Source: a virus. Taken from it: a stretch of 64,000 nucleotides of DNA. The stretch covers positions 32,348-96,347 of IMG/VR virus record IMGVR_UViG_3300034101_002201, one strand, 5' to 3'. The notes beneath the pieces are model-generated. The model made no database searches. It was not told the DNA's origin and saw only the letters and a program-made list of their open reading frames with translations. Position numbers and translations under genes: made by a program. Below, in pieces: positions 9,860 to 20,381 of the stretch. The number at the start of each line of letters is the position of its first letter. Position 1 is the stretch's first letter.

Positions 9860-11491
9860 GTGAATTGGTTCCCATTGAAGAATTTTACTCATTATAGTTT
9901 GCTAAAAGGTTATTCGAAGCCAGAGGAACTGTCAAAAAAATGCAAGGATAATGGATATCCAGCATGTGGCATTTGTGATTATAAGACATTATCTGGTGCG
10001 GTTGCTTTTTATAAAGCCTGCAAAAAACATGGCATAAAGCCCATCATTGGATGTTCATTTGATTTTGCTACACTTTTTGCCAAGAATAAAGATGGATGGT
10101 ACGAGTTGATTGAGATGGTTTCGTCATTAGATGAAAATGGTAAGTTGCCAGAACAATATGAAAATATAGATATTAGTAAAAATCTGATTAGTATCTATAA
10201 TGCTCCTACTGAGTCAATGCCTATTAGTTATTACACTAATAGAGAAGACGCAAAACTTCACAGAGTATTATTATGTTCTGATATGAAGACTACGCTACCA
10301 AAAATAAAGAAAAGCATTAGGCCAGACAACAATGGTGGTATCAATGTAGACTCAAAATATCCACAAGAGCATATGGATAAATTAGTGTATTTCATGCAAG
10401 ACTCTTTTTATGTCAAAGATAAGGATGAATCCAAGAGTCTAGATACGTCTAAACTAAAAGAGATTTATGACCAGTGCGAAGACTATAATATTCTCAGCAA
10501 ACCAATGTTGCCTAAATTTGAATGTCCAAAAGGGGCATCAGAAGAAGATTATCTCAAAGAACTATGTCGTATTGGCTGGAAGAATATATTAATAGATCAA
10601 AACAAAGTATCAAACGAAGAAGATAAGCAGAAGTATTTGAGTAGATTCAAGGAAGAGTTTGACGTTATTAAAGATGCTAATCTATTCGGATATTTTCTTA
10701 TTGTGCGTGATATTATCAAACACGTTAATGATATGGGTTGGCTATCTGGCCCCGGTAGAGGATCTGCCGCAGGTTGTTTAATCTCATACTTAATTGGTAT
10801 CACAAAGATTGATCCAATAGAGTTTGACCTTCTATTTGCAAGATTTTATAATGCTGGACGAAATAGTGCTGATCATATATCTCTACCAGATATTGATATA
10901 GATGTTCCCGGTACTAAACGTGATGAAATTATTGCATATCTAAAAGATAAGTATGGTAGCAGTCGAGTTAGCCAAATGTTAACATTCGGCAGACTTCAAG
11001 GAAAGAGTGCTATTAAGGAAGTTTTGCGTGTTAATGAGGCTTGCTCATTCTCTGAAATGAATGCTATAAGTAACTGCATACCAGATGAAGCAAGAATCTC
11101 AGACCAATTAGCAGAAATGGATGATGAAGATCGATCTATTATTAAGTGGGCTTTAATCAATAACTCTGATGATTTAAAAGATTTCTGTAGAATATCAGAA
11201 GATGGAAAACTTGAGGGAGAGTATGCTGCGTATTTTGAGCAAGCTATTCAGATAGAAGGAACTTTCAAAACTCAAGGAAAACATGCGGCTGGTGTTGTGA
11301 TTTCAGCAGAACCTTTACAAAAAGTATGCCCAATGGTAAAACAAAAAGGATCATCAGAAAAGGTGGCTGGACTTGAAATGGCAGACTTAGAGGCACTGGG
11401 TCATGTAAAGTTTGACGTTCTAGGAATCAATTTGCTAGATAAAATCATGAAAATTCAAGATATAATAAAAGGGGAAACATGTTATTCTTAG
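9860..11491 (+). CDS. dnaE: DNA polymerase III alpha, N-terminal half (degenerate PHP + palm/thumb)
   Basis: THYSLLKG, GIKPIIG, GPGRGSAAG, LLFARF, PDIDID, GKHAAGVVI, KFDVLG; ends about 20 aa after the third catalytic Asp. Confidence 0.92.
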   Translation: MNWFPLKNFTHYSLLKGYSKPEELSKKCKDNGYPACGICDYKTLSGAVAFYKACKKHGIKPIIGCSFDFATLFAKNKDGWYELIEMVSSLDENGKLPEQYENIDISKNLISIYNAPTESMPISYYTNREDAKLHRVLLCSDMKTTLPKIKKSIRPDNNGGINVDSKYPQEHMDKLVYFMQDSFYVKDKDESKSLDTSKLKEIYDQCEDYNILSKPMLPKFECPKGASEEDYLKELCRIGWKNILIDQNKVSNEEDKQKYLSRFKEEFDVIKDANLFGYFLIVRDIIKHVNDMGWLSGPGRGSAAGCLISYLIGITKIDPIEFDLLFARFYNAGRNSADHISLPDIDIDVPGTKRDEIIAYLKDKYGSSRVSQMLTFGRLQGKSAIKEVLRVNEACSFSEMNAISNCIPDEARISDQLAEMDDEDRSIIKWALINNSDDLKDFCRISEDGKLEGEYAAYFEQAIQIEGTFKTQGKHAAGVVISAEPLQKVCPMVKQKGSSEKVAGLEMADLEALGHVKFDVLGINLLDKIMKIQDIIKGETCYS

Positions 11492-12153
11492 AAGATGTAA
11501 AAAAGAATTTTCCAAATTTGAAAAATATTTTTGAAGTTGGAGCGCATCGTGGTGGTGATATATTTGATATAATTTCTATTTGGCCAGACGCTAATATATA
11601 TGCCTTTGAAGCAGATCCTACTAACTTTTCAATACTGAACAACAAGTTTGCTGAACGTGATAAAGTTCATACATATCATATGGCAGTAACAGATACTAGC
11701 GGATCTGTAACTTTCAATAGATATTATCCACTTGACACTATAAATGATGAAGATACTTTTGTAGGACAAAATTGCCAAAATACTGGGCAAGGTTCTATTT
11801 TAAAACCCGGTAAAGGGATGAAAGAAATTTTCAAAGTCAATAATGTTTATCAGACCTTTGATGTAGAGTCTATAAGCCTTTATGATTTTTGTAATAGATT
11901 CAATGTTGATTCAATAGATGCAATCTTTATGGATGTACAAGGTGCAGAATATAATGTATTTATTGGTTGTGAGAGTATGATTGATACATTGCAGGCGACT
12001 ATCTTCGAATGGTCTAAAAACTACATAATGTATGAAGGAGAGACATCATTCGATGATATAGCTAATTTTTTAAATAAGAACGGGTTAACTGAAACCAGTC
12101 GAGAATATCAGTTTTTTGAAATATCTGGAGACTCACTATTTGTGAGAAAATAA
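11479..12153 (+). CDS. FkbM-family SAM-dependent methyltransferase
   Basis: FEVGAHRG, YAFEAD, MDVQGAE. Confidence 0.85.
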   Translation: MLFLEDVKKNFPNLKNIFEVGAHRGGDIFDIISIWPDANIYAFEADPTNFSILNNKFAERDKVHTYHMAVTDTSGSVTFNRYYPLDTINDEDTFVGQNCQNTGQGSILKPGKGMKEIFKVNNVYQTFDVESISLYDFCNRFNVDSIDAIFMDVQGAEYNVFIGCESMIDTLQATIFEWSKNYIMYEGETSFDDIANFLNKNGLTETSREYQFFEISGDSLFVRK

Positions 12154-12833
12154 TGGCTAATAGGGACTATATTATATTTGACTTTGAAACAGGATCACGC
12201 AATCCACATCGCACTCAGCCAACACAAATTGCTGCTATTGCTTTAGATGGAAGAACATTACAGATGAAGGGGCAATTCAATAGTGAAATTAAGCCTATTT
12301 TTGATGATGAAAAGGCTATAGCGGCTGGTTTTGATCCCATACAAGATGAAGCTTTAAAGATAACAAAGAAAACAAGAGAACAGTTAGAATTAGCACCATC
12401 TTTAAAAGCAGTATGGACTAAGTTTACAAAGTTCGTTGATCAGTACAATTGGAAGGGTGAAGCATTTTTTAATCCTATTCCAGTTGGTTTTAACATCATT
12501 GGCTTTGATATGCACATTATAAATAGACTGTGTAAAGAATTTGGACCTTGGGACAAGGAGAGAGAGCAGCAAAAACTATTTAGTAGAGTCTATAAAATAG
12601 ATATCATGGATAGTGTATTTGCTTGGACTGAAAGCGATCCAAGTGTTAGATCTATAAGTATGGATTCACTACGCGAGAGAATGGGGTTAAGCTTTGATAA
12701 TGCTCACGATGCTTTACAGGACGTTAAGGATGAGGCAAATATATTCATTAAAATTATGAAAACTCATCGTGCGGTATATCAAAATATGAACTTTGACAAG
12801 GCATTTGCTGACGGAAATTTGTATGTTAAATGA
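12153..12833 (+). CDS. dnaQ: DEDDh 3'-5' exonuclease (Pol III epsilon-like)
   Basis: ExoI DFETG, ExoII GFNIIGFDM, ExoIII HDALQD. Confidence 0.88.
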   Translation: MANRDYIIFDFETGSRNPHRTQPTQIAAIALDGRTLQMKGQFNSEIKPIFDDEKAIAAGFDPIQDEALKITKKTREQLELAPSLKAVWTKFTKFVDQYNWKGEAFFNPIPVGFNIIGFDMHIINRLCKEFGPWDKEREQQKLFSRVYKIDIMDSVFAWTESDPSVRSISMDSLRERMGLSFDNAHDALQDVKDEANIFIKIMKTHRAVYQNMNFDKAFADGNLYVK

Positions 12834-14394
12834 TTTAGATTATAATGATAAAGCAACTTGGCAACTGTTTGCAGAAGGCAAGACTAAGGGGATCTTTCAA
12901 TTAGAAAGTAACCTTGGAAAATCATGGTCCAAAAAGTTAGCACCGACCAATATAGAAGAATTATCAGCACTAATTGCTATTATTAGGCCGGGAACCTTAA
13001 AAGCAATTGTTGATGGTAAAAGTATGACACAGCATTACATTGACCGTAAGCACGGTAGAGAAGAAGTAACATATCTTCACCCCGCATTAGAAGAGATTTT
13101 AAAGCCAACATATGGTGTTCTTGTATATCAAGAGCAGTCCATGCGTATAGCTGAGAAAATAGCTGGCTTCAATTTACAGGAGGCAGACGTTCTTCGTAAG
13201 GCCATTGGAAAGAAAAAAGCTGACCTCATGAATGAAGTCAAAAAATCATTCATAGCCGGTGCAGAACGTGTTGGAATCGTAGGCAAGGAGAACGCTGAAG
13301 AAATCTTTGGATGGATTGAGAAATCATCAAGATATGCATTCAATAAATCTCACAGTGTTTCATACGCTGTATGTTCTTATTGGAGTGCATATTTTAAGGC
13401 TCATAATACCAAGGAATTCTTTTTGTCTTACCTGTTCTACGCGAATGAAAAGCAAGACCCTCATCAAGAAGTTTATGAATTAATATCTGAGGCCAAACTA
13501 TTTGATATTGAGACAAGAACTCCAAGTTTGATCAACTTTGAAAGAAAGTTCAACATTAAGCGTGGTAAGATATACTTTGGTATTAAAGATATCAAGTCAT
13601 TAACTGGTGCGACGGGAGACAAGTTAATAGAGACTATAAATGAAGCTGAGAAGACTTTGAGTAAGACGGTAAAAGAATTTACTTGGCTTGAAATCCTACT
13701 TTTCATAGGATCAAATATTAGTTCTACTGCATTCAAAGCTTTAGCTTCAATAGGATTTTTTAGAAATTTCAAGGGTAATGTTACTAGGAACAAAGCCCTT
13801 TATGATTATGAAATTTACAGAACTCTCACCAAAGCAGAACAGACTTGGATATTAAATCATTATGATGATAAAAAATGGGATTCTTTCGTAGATTGCTTGA
13901 GAGATTTAGCACCGACCAAAAAAGAGGGCGGTGGAACTAGCAAAGCTGACAGGAAGCAGGCTATAGAAAATGAGATACAACTATTAGTAAGTCCACCATA
14001 TGATCTAGAAGATGATCCAACTTGGATTATAGATCAAGAGGTTAAATTTCTCGGATGTCCAGTTACAATGACAAAAGTAGAAACATCTGACACTTCTGCT
14101 GCTAACACAACTTGTAAAGAAATAATAAATGGTAAAAAGGGAAAAGATATGTGCATAGTAGCTAATATCCAAAGATTATCAGATTATACCATTAATAAGG
14201 GTGAATCTAAAGGTCAGGTGATGTCATTTTTAACTATAGAAGATGACACCTGTATTCTAGATAGCGTGATAGCATTTCCAAAAGTAAGAGAAAAATACAA
14301 ATATATAATGTATGAAGGCAACAATTTAATATTCTGCGGATCAGTTAGTGATAAAGATGGTTCTTTTATAATTGAAAAAATACATGAAGTGTAG
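12823..14394 (+). CDS. dnaE: DNA polymerase III alpha, C-terminal half (fingers, HhH, OB)
   Basis: GIFQLES, IRPG, TYGVLVYQEQ, ADVLRKAIGKKK, YAFNKSHS, MSFLTIEDDT (OB); ATG at 12823 preferred over TTG at 12793. Confidence 0.92.
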   Translation: MLNDLDYNDKATWQLFAEGKTKGIFQLESNLGKSWSKKLAPTNIEELSALIAIIRPGTLKAIVDGKSMTQHYIDRKHGREEVTYLHPALEEILKPTYGVLVYQEQSMRIAEKIAGFNLQEADVLRKAIGKKKADLMNEVKKSFIAGAERVGIVGKENAEEIFGWIEKSSRYAFNKSHSVSYAVCSYWSAYFKAHNTKEFFLSYLFYANEKQDPHQEVYELISEAKLFDIETRTPSLINFERKFNIKRGKIYFGIKDIKSLTGATGDKLIETINEAEKTLSKTVKEFTWLEILLFIGSNISSTAFKALASIGFFRNFKGNVTRNKALYDYEIYRTLTKAEQTWILNHYDDKKWDSFVDCLRDLAPTKKEGGGTSKADRKQAIENEIQLLVSPPYDLEDDPTWIIDQEVKFLGCPVTMTKVETSDTSAANTTCKEIINGKKGKDMCIVANIQRLSDYTINKGESKGQVMSFLTIEDDTCILDSVIAFPKVREKYKYIMYEGNNLIFCGSVSDKDGSFIIEKIHEV

Positions 14395-14443
14395 AGTGTT
14401 TTATTGGTTTGTTGTTGCTAATATATTAAGATAGGAGAAAAAA

Positions 14444-14755
14444 ATGAATATGTGTTCCTTTACGGGATATTTGGTGGAAAATCCAAGAATCTCAATGGTT
14501 GGCGATGTTGTTTTAGCTGAATTTTTAATGGTAATCTATACCTATCGGAAAACAAAAACCGGGGAAAAAAACAGAATACCAACTTATATAAATTGCGAGG
14601 CATGGCATACAGGTGCTGAAACACTAGAAAAATATGCCATTAAAGGAACTAAATTAGTGGTTCATGCTTCTGCTAAAAATGTATCTAAAGAAACAAGCGA
14701 TATAGTTTTTAGAATTAATGAGTTCGATTTTTGTCATAAGGACTTTGAAGACTAA
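14444..14755 (+). CDS. ssb: short single-stranded DNA-binding protein (OB fold)
   Basis: MN...GYLVENP, YINCEAW..AE, KGTKLVV; AGGAG RBS; acidic DFED tip. Confidence 0.75.
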   Translation: MNMCSFTGYLVENPRISMVGDVVLAEFLMVIYTYRKTKTGEKNRIPTYINCEAWHTGAETLEKYAIKGTKLVVHASAKNVSKETSDIVFRINEFDFCHKDFED

Positions 14756-16425
14756 TGAGAAAACCAAGAATTTTATTTTGTAGCGAAGCCACCTTTTTAA
14801 ATACTGGATACGCAACATATACTAGAGAAATATTAAACTATTTATATAGTACAGGCAAGTACGATTTAGCAGAAATGTCCTGCTACGGTGAGCGAAATGA
14901 TCCAAGAGCTAAAGATATACCTTGGAAATTTTATGGAGTTGTTCCAGACGCTAGTTGTTCAGAAGAAGAAAAAGCTCAATATGCACAAAATGCAACTGCA
15001 CAGTTTGGAGAGTTTATATTTGAAAATGTCTGTTTAGATTTCTTGCCAGATATCGTATGTGATATCAGAGATTTTTGGATGTTAGATTTCGCAGAGAGAT
15101 CTCCATATAGGAAATATTTTAAGTGGTGCATTATGCCCACAGTAGACGCAAGACCTCAAGCTAGACAGTGGGTATCAACATATGCTTCCGCTGACGCATG
15201 TTTGACATATTCTGAATGGGCTGGCGAAGTATTAAAACAACAATCTGGTAGTAAAATTAATTACATTGGCATTTCTCCACCGTCAGCACATCATGCCTAT
15301 CAACCAATAGCAGACAAGCAAAACTTAAGACTTGCTTATGGAATAGATCCAAACGCAAAAATTATAGGTACTGTTATGCGTAATCAAAGACGCAAGCTTT
15401 ATCCAGATTTGTTTCAAGCATTCCGCACGATGTTAGACAGTATAGAAGATAGTTCTAATTACTATTTATATTGTCATACTAGTTATCCAGATCTTGGATG
15501 GGATATTCCAGAATTATTACAACAATATCAACTATCATCTAAAGTATATTTTACATATATATGCCCACAAACAAATAAGCCGTTTGCGTCCTTGTTCAAA
15601 GGTGCCATAATCCAATCTCCATTCACTGGTCAGTTTGGTGCTTCATTATCAAATGTAAAAAATGGTGTTGAATACGAACAATTATCAGAGATTATAAATC
15701 TGTTTGATCTATATGTACAATACGCAAACTGCGAAGGATTTGGTTTACCTCAAGTCGAAGCCGCAGCGTGTGGTATACCAATTATGGCTACAGATTATTC
15801 AGCTATGGAAAGCGTAGTAAGAAATCTAAACGGAACACCATTAACGCCAAAGGCTTTGTATAAAGAGTTAGAAACTGGATGTTTACGTGCAGTACCAGAT
15901 AACCAATTGGCCGCACAAAAATTTAAAGAATTTTTCGAAAAACCAGCTAGTATAAGAAATAAAATGGGTTTTGAGACTAGGCAGTTATTTTTACAACATT
16001 ATCAATGGGATAAGAGCGGAAAAGCTTGGGAAAATTATTTTGATAGTGTTGAAATTTCTGATACGTTTGATAATTGGAGAGGACCGGTTCAGATCAGACA
16101 ACCACAACCTAAACCAACCAATTTGCCAGAAAACATTACGCATCAAGATATTGCTAAGTGGTTAATTTTAAATGTTCTGTGCGACTCAAGCAAAATTAAT
16201 ACATATTTTGAATCTAGACTAGTAAGAGATTTACTATATAGAAGTTCAACATCTGTAACGGGTGGTATGTACTTTAATGAAAGTTCTGCGTCTTTTGACT
16301 CTAGAACAGTTCGTAATCCATTTGATTTTGATACTGCTTATGACCACATGGTATCACTATGTACTAGACGTAATTTTTGGGAAAATCAAAGACTAGAAAT
16401 GCTAAAACGTAGAGGAATGATATGA
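14755..16425 (+). CDS. GT-B glycosyltransferase (GT4-like)
   Basis: TGY, RNQRRK, EGFGLPQVEAAACG. Confidence 0.88.
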   Translation: MRKPRILFCSEATFLNTGYATYTREILNYLYSTGKYDLAEMSCYGERNDPRAKDIPWKFYGVVPDASCSEEEKAQYAQNATAQFGEFIFENVCLDFLPDIVCDIRDFWMLDFAERSPYRKYFKWCIMPTVDARPQARQWVSTYASADACLTYSEWAGEVLKQQSGSKINYIGISPPSAHHAYQPIADKQNLRLAYGIDPNAKIIGTVMRNQRRKLYPDLFQAFRTMLDSIEDSSNYYLYCHTSYPDLGWDIPELLQQYQLSSKVYFTYICPQTNKPFASLFKGAIIQSPFTGQFGASLSNVKNGVEYEQLSEIINLFDLYVQYANCEGFGLPQVEAAACGIPIMATDYSAMESVVRNLNGTPLTPKALYKELETGCLRAVPDNQLAAQKFKEFFEKPASIRNKMGFETRQLFLQHYQWDKSGKAWENYFDSVEISDTFDNWRGPVQIRQPQPKPTNLPENITHQDIAKWLILNVLCDSSKINTYFESRLVRDLLYRSSTSVTGGMYFNESSASFDSRTVRNPFDFDTAYDHMVSLCTRRNFWENQRLEMLKRRGMI

Positions 16426-17534
16426 AAGTATTGTATATAGGACATTACAAAGAAAATAGCGGTTGGTCTAAAGCTGCGATAGATCTTATATTATCTATTG
16501 ATAGTGTTGGTATAGATATAACTTGTAGGAGTATAAAACTAACTGACAACGAATTCACATTAAACAATAGGATATTAGAACTTGAATCTAAGCCTATAAA
16601 TAATATTGATTTTTGCATACAGCACGTATTGCCTCATCATTTGGTTGGAAGTTCAAAATTTAAACGAAATATATCATATTATGTTTCTGAGTCTGATACA
16701 TTGAGATATAACAATTGGCATTCCAATCTCAATTTAATGGATGAAATATGGGTTCCAAACCATACACAGCTTGAAAATATGAAAACTGATGGATTTAATA
16801 ATATATCATATGTTCCTCATGCATTTGATTTATCTAAATACAACAAAAACACAGAAACAAAGATAGATTTTAGTGGAATAAATGACACATTTAAATTTTA
16901 TTATATTGCAGATTTAAACGATAGAAAAAATATAGAATCTGTTATAAGATGCTTCCATAGCGAATTCCATAAATACGAGCCTGTGTCGTTGATACTAAAA
17001 ATTAAAAAATTTGGAGTTAGCGGACGAGACTTGCAAAAATACATGAATGAATTGTGTAAAAGCATAAAAACTAATTTAAGAATATATCCCAAAATAGAGG
17101 ATTATCATGAAGAATTAGTTATACCAGAAGACTTAAAAGATTCTGATGTGGACGCTTTGCATAGGTCTTGCGATTGTTTGATAAACACTACTCATGGTGA
17201 GGGTTGGTCTATACCATCTTTTGATGCTATGTGTTTTGGTAAAACGCCAATATGTGGAAATGAGGGCGGTCCAAAAGAATATATACGAGATATAAATGGC
17301 GGAACTCTAATAAATGGAGTACACGGCATTTGTGAACATTCAGATCCGGCGTTTCCAAATATTTTTACAGGTAGAGAAACTTGGTTTGTACCAGACGAAA
17401 AAGAAATTAAGTCTGCTATGAGATTTTACTATAATAATCGAGATACAATAGACAGATCGCGTGGATTGAGAGATGCGGAAGCATTTTCATATACAAGCGT
17501 CGGTAACAGAATAAAGGAAATTCTAAATGTATAA
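16422..17534 (+). CDS. GT-B glycosyltransferase (GT4-like)
   Basis: SGW, DRKN, EGWSIPSFDAMCFG. Confidence 0.85.
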   Translation: MKVLYIGHYKENSGWSKAAIDLILSIDSVGIDITCRSIKLTDNEFTLNNRILELESKPINNIDFCIQHVLPHHLVGSSKFKRNISYYVSESDTLRYNNWHSNLNLMDEIWVPNHTQLENMKTDGFNNISYVPHAFDLSKYNKNTETKIDFSGINDTFKFYYIADLNDRKNIESVIRCFHSEFHKYEPVSLILKIKKFGVSGRDLQKYMNELCKSIKTNLRIYPKIEDYHEELVIPEDLKDSDVDALHRSCDCLINTTHGEGWSIPSFDAMCFGKTPICGNEGGPKEYIRDINGGTLINGVHGICEHSDPAFPNIFTGRETWFVPDEKEIKSAMRFYYNNRDTIDRSRGLRDAEAFSYTSVGNRIKEILNV

Positions 17535-18519
17535 TAATACTGTAGAAAGAATTGTTGACATTGCCAATTCAAATAAACCAATGAGATATAATATTCTTAC
17601 ATTTCCAACCCATGAAAGATATGAAACTCAACTGTGTAAAACTGGGCATGAATTTTATTCTTTTACCTCTGATAGATTTAAGAGATGGAACACATCGCAG
17701 GTAGAAGTTCCTAGTAATTATCATATTTTACCCGATAATCAAGTATGTGGATATTTGAAGTATGATTTTATCTTAGTTCAGAGTAAATTTTGGCAGTTTC
17801 AAGTTGCTCAACAAATTAATCAACAGCTAAGTATACCAATTATATGTTTAGAGCATACTCTACCAACCCCTCAAACAATGACATTTGATCAAATAAATTC
17901 AATGAGGCAGATGTCTGGCGATGTAAATATTTTTATATCTGATTTTTCTAAGAAAGCATGGAATATAAATGGGGCAGTAATACATCATGGCGTTGATACC
18001 AATGTATTCTGTAAGCAAAATATAGATAAAAAATTAGAAATATTAACGGTAGCAAATGACTTTATAAATCGTGATTATTGTTTAAATTATAGCGGATGGA
18101 AGAGAGTAACAAACGGATTAGATGTAAATATTATTGGTGACACAAAGGGGTTATCATCACCGGCAAAATCTATTGATGAACTAGTTAATGCATATAATAC
18201 TTGTTCAATATATTTTAATAGCTCTACGTTAAGTCCAATACCTATGTCTTTGTTAGAAGCTATGTCTTGCGGATGTCCAGTAGTATCAACGGCGACATGC
18301 ATGATACCAGAGATAATAAAAAATGGTGAAAATGGATTTATATCTAACAATGAAGAAGAGTTAAGGTCATATATAGACTATTTATTGAACAATCCAGAGG
18401 AGCGAGAAAAGCTAGGAAATAATGCTAGACAGACCGTGATTGATAAATTTTCTGAATATGAATTCATTCAAAAATGGAACGAATTATTCGATAAAGTATA
18501 TGAGGAAACAACAAAATGA
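17527..18519 (+). CDS. GT-B glycosyltransferase (GT4-like)
   Basis: IHHGVD, SPIPMSLLEAMSCGCPVVS, IIKNGENG. Confidence 0.88.
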   Translation: MYNNTVERIVDIANSNKPMRYNILTFPTHERYETQLCKTGHEFYSFTSDRFKRWNTSQVEVPSNYHILPDNQVCGYLKYDFILVQSKFWQFQVAQQINQQLSIPIICLEHTLPTPQTMTFDQINSMRQMSGDVNIFISDFSKKAWNINGAVIHHGVDTNVFCKQNIDKKLEILTVANDFINRDYCLNYSGWKRVTNGLDVNIIGDTKGLSSPAKSIDELVNAYNTCSIYFNSSTLSPIPMSLLEAMSCGCPVVSTATCMIPEIIKNGENGFISNNEEELRSYIDYLLNNPEEREKLGNNARQTVIDKFSEYEFIQKWNELFDKVYEETTK

Positions 18520-18932
18520 AAATACAAATTTTGACAGATATAAAAGACTCTATTGATGGTTTCAATCCTGTTTTTTTAAATGAGAATGGTTTATCTGCTA
18601 ATATAGCAGAAAATTCTGCAACAGAAATTATTATGAATGGAACAGTTGAACTAGTTCCATATGAAAAACTAGATAATATTTTACTAGATCTTAAAAAGCT
18701 AGTAAGAAAAGGTGGAAAAATAGTAATGAATGGGGTAGATGCTAGTTGTGTGTCCAGAGATTTTGTGACCGGTATCATAGATATAAAAACATATAATGAT
18801 GTGATTTTTTCTAGAATGTCAGTACATGACTCCAAACAATTGGGCAATAAATTAAAATCTCTAGGATTTGTAATTGACAAAATCTTGCTAAGAGGATCAA
18901 TATATGAGCTACATGCTTCCAGACCCCAGTAA
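18516..18932 (+). CDS. degenerate class I methyltransferase-like protein
   Basis: VELVP...LKKLVRKGGKIVM resembles the C-terminal half of a class I MTase; no SAM-binding GxG motif. Confidence 0.45.
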   Translation: MKIQILTDIKDSIDGFNPVFLNENGLSANIAENSATEIIMNGTVELVPYEKLDNILLDLKKLVRKGGKIVMNGVDASCVSRDFVTGIIDIKTYNDVIFSRMSVHDSKQLGNKLKSLGFVIDKILLRGSIYELHASRPQ

Positions 18933-19647
18933 ACAGACAAGCTGTAAAAGTTGTTCTTTTGCTGTTTATGAGGAAAAGACACAAACCGATTGCTTACATA
19001 ATAGAATATCTAAATTCAAAGAAGATGTTATAGCCGCCTATGATGATGATAAGGAATTCTTTGTTATAAATAGAAAATGCAATTTCTACAGACATAAAGA
19101 TTGGAACGATGGAAAGCCAGAGATAGACAAAGCTGTTAAAGAATCTTCTATAAGTTTTGATTTATTAATCGATTGTGATAACATAACTGAGTCATATATA
19201 ACTAAAATAATTTCTCAGTTAAAATGTTTGAATTATCCCATAAATAGACTAAAAATAGTCTTATATCATTCCCATCTTTTAGAACAAAATAAAAGAACTT
19301 TGATATCTCAGATTTATCAAAATTTTCCACAAATAACAGCGTCGATGTTTTTTGACAAAAAGCTGTTTTTATATGAATTTCTAATGAGAACTAAAAATAG
19401 ATTTCATATATTAATTGATGCAAATAATATAGATCAGATAAGTTCAGCAATTTATGAGATCAATAATGCAATAAATACAGAGCTTTTAAGATGCACTGTC
19501 TTCAAGTTCAAAGATTCTTGTGCCATATTAAATTCACTTTATAAGATGGTATCATTTTATATAGAAAGCGGTGAATACGTCGATATAGTAGAAAAAGTTG
19601 TTGACGAATCCAAACAGCAAGGATTATATATTGAGAAGGATACATGA
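18904..19647 (+). CDS. hypothetical protein (CxxC N-terminus, possible degenerate GT-A fold)
   Basis: CKSC...C...C followed by an alpha/beta region (LNYPINRLKIVL); lies in the GT cluster. Confidence 0.5.
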   Translation: MSYMLPDPSKQTSCKSCSFAVYEEKTQTDCLHNRISKFKEDVIAAYDDDKEFFVINRKCNFYRHKDWNDGKPEIDKAVKESSISFDLLIDCDNITESYITKIISQLKCLNYPINRLKIVLYHSHLLEQNKRTLISQIYQNFPQITASMFFDKKLFLYEFLMRTKNRFHILIDANNIDQISSAIYEINNAINTELLRCTVFKFKDSCAILNSLYKMVSFYIESGEYVDIVEKVVDESKQQGLYIEKDT

Positions 19648-20381
19648 AAAAGAAAATAAAACAAAATATTCAAACTAATGAAGAATTAATTAGTATAGTT
19701 TTGTTATGCGATTTACCGGGATATAGAATGAAGTCATATGGTCCAACATCTTTAATAAGTATTCATAACAAAAAACTAATTGATTTTCAGATAGATGCTA
19801 TCAAAAAAACTTTTGACAAATTTGAAATAATAATTTGTGTAGGGTTTGAAGCTGAAAAAATATGCAAATATATAAGACAAAAATACAACAATATGAGCAT
19901 AAGAATAGTAGAGAATCAAAGCTTTAATTCTTCTAATTCTTACGAATCTACTAGATTATCTATCAATAACACCATGAACAAAAAAGTTTTAATATGCAAT
20001 GGCGAATTATTGATAAATAAAAAAACTCTTAAATTATTAGATCTCAATAGAACGTGTGTTCTTATTGAAAAGAGTACCTCAGAGAATCTAGACATTGGTT
20101 TAAATATGAACAGCAATAAAGAGGCACAGCACTTCTCGTTTGGTGCTTATCAAACTTGGTCAGAAATGGTATATCTTTGTGGGAATGATGTCGTAGAGCA
20201 TATAAGAAAAGTTCTTAGTCATCCAGATAGCAAAAAAAAGTTTATATTTGAGGCTCTTAATGAGTTAATTAGATCCAATTTTACTATTTTATGTATAGAT
20301 AATAAGTTTCCTGTTCAAAAAATCAATAATATAAAAACCTATCACAATATAAGGGATAATAATGAGATTTTTAGTATTTGA
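19644..20381 (+). CDS. NTP-transferase (LicC/MobA-like nucleotidyltransferase fold), divergent
   Basis: IVLL..PGYRMKSYGP.SLI, LIDFQI, IIICVGF, VENQSF, CNGELL. Confidence 0.7.
   Translation: MKKKIKQNIQTNEELISIVLLCDLPGYRMKSYGPTSLISIHNKKLIDFQIDAIKKTFDKFEIIICVGFEAEKICKYIRQKYNNMSIRIVENQSFNSSNSYESTRLSINNTMNKKVLICNGELLINKKTLKLLDLNRTCVLIEKSTSENLDIGLNMNSNKEAQHFSFGAYQTWSEMVYLCGNDVVEHIRKVLSHPDSKKKFIFEALNELIRSNFTILCIDNKFPVQKINNIKTYHNIRDNNEIFSI

Noticed and set aside
12815-12833. Programmed frameshift fusing dnaQ to dnaE-C (A AAT TTG heptamer)
   Set aside because: A -1 slip enters the wrong frame (dnaE-C is +1 relative to dnaQ); the ATG at 12823 explains the overlap as translational coupling
11440-12860. 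Split intein or self-splicing intron joining the dnaE halves
   Set aside because: No intein-sized extension on either half and no HN/C junction; the interval is fully occupied by two intact ORFs, leaving no room for ribozyme structure
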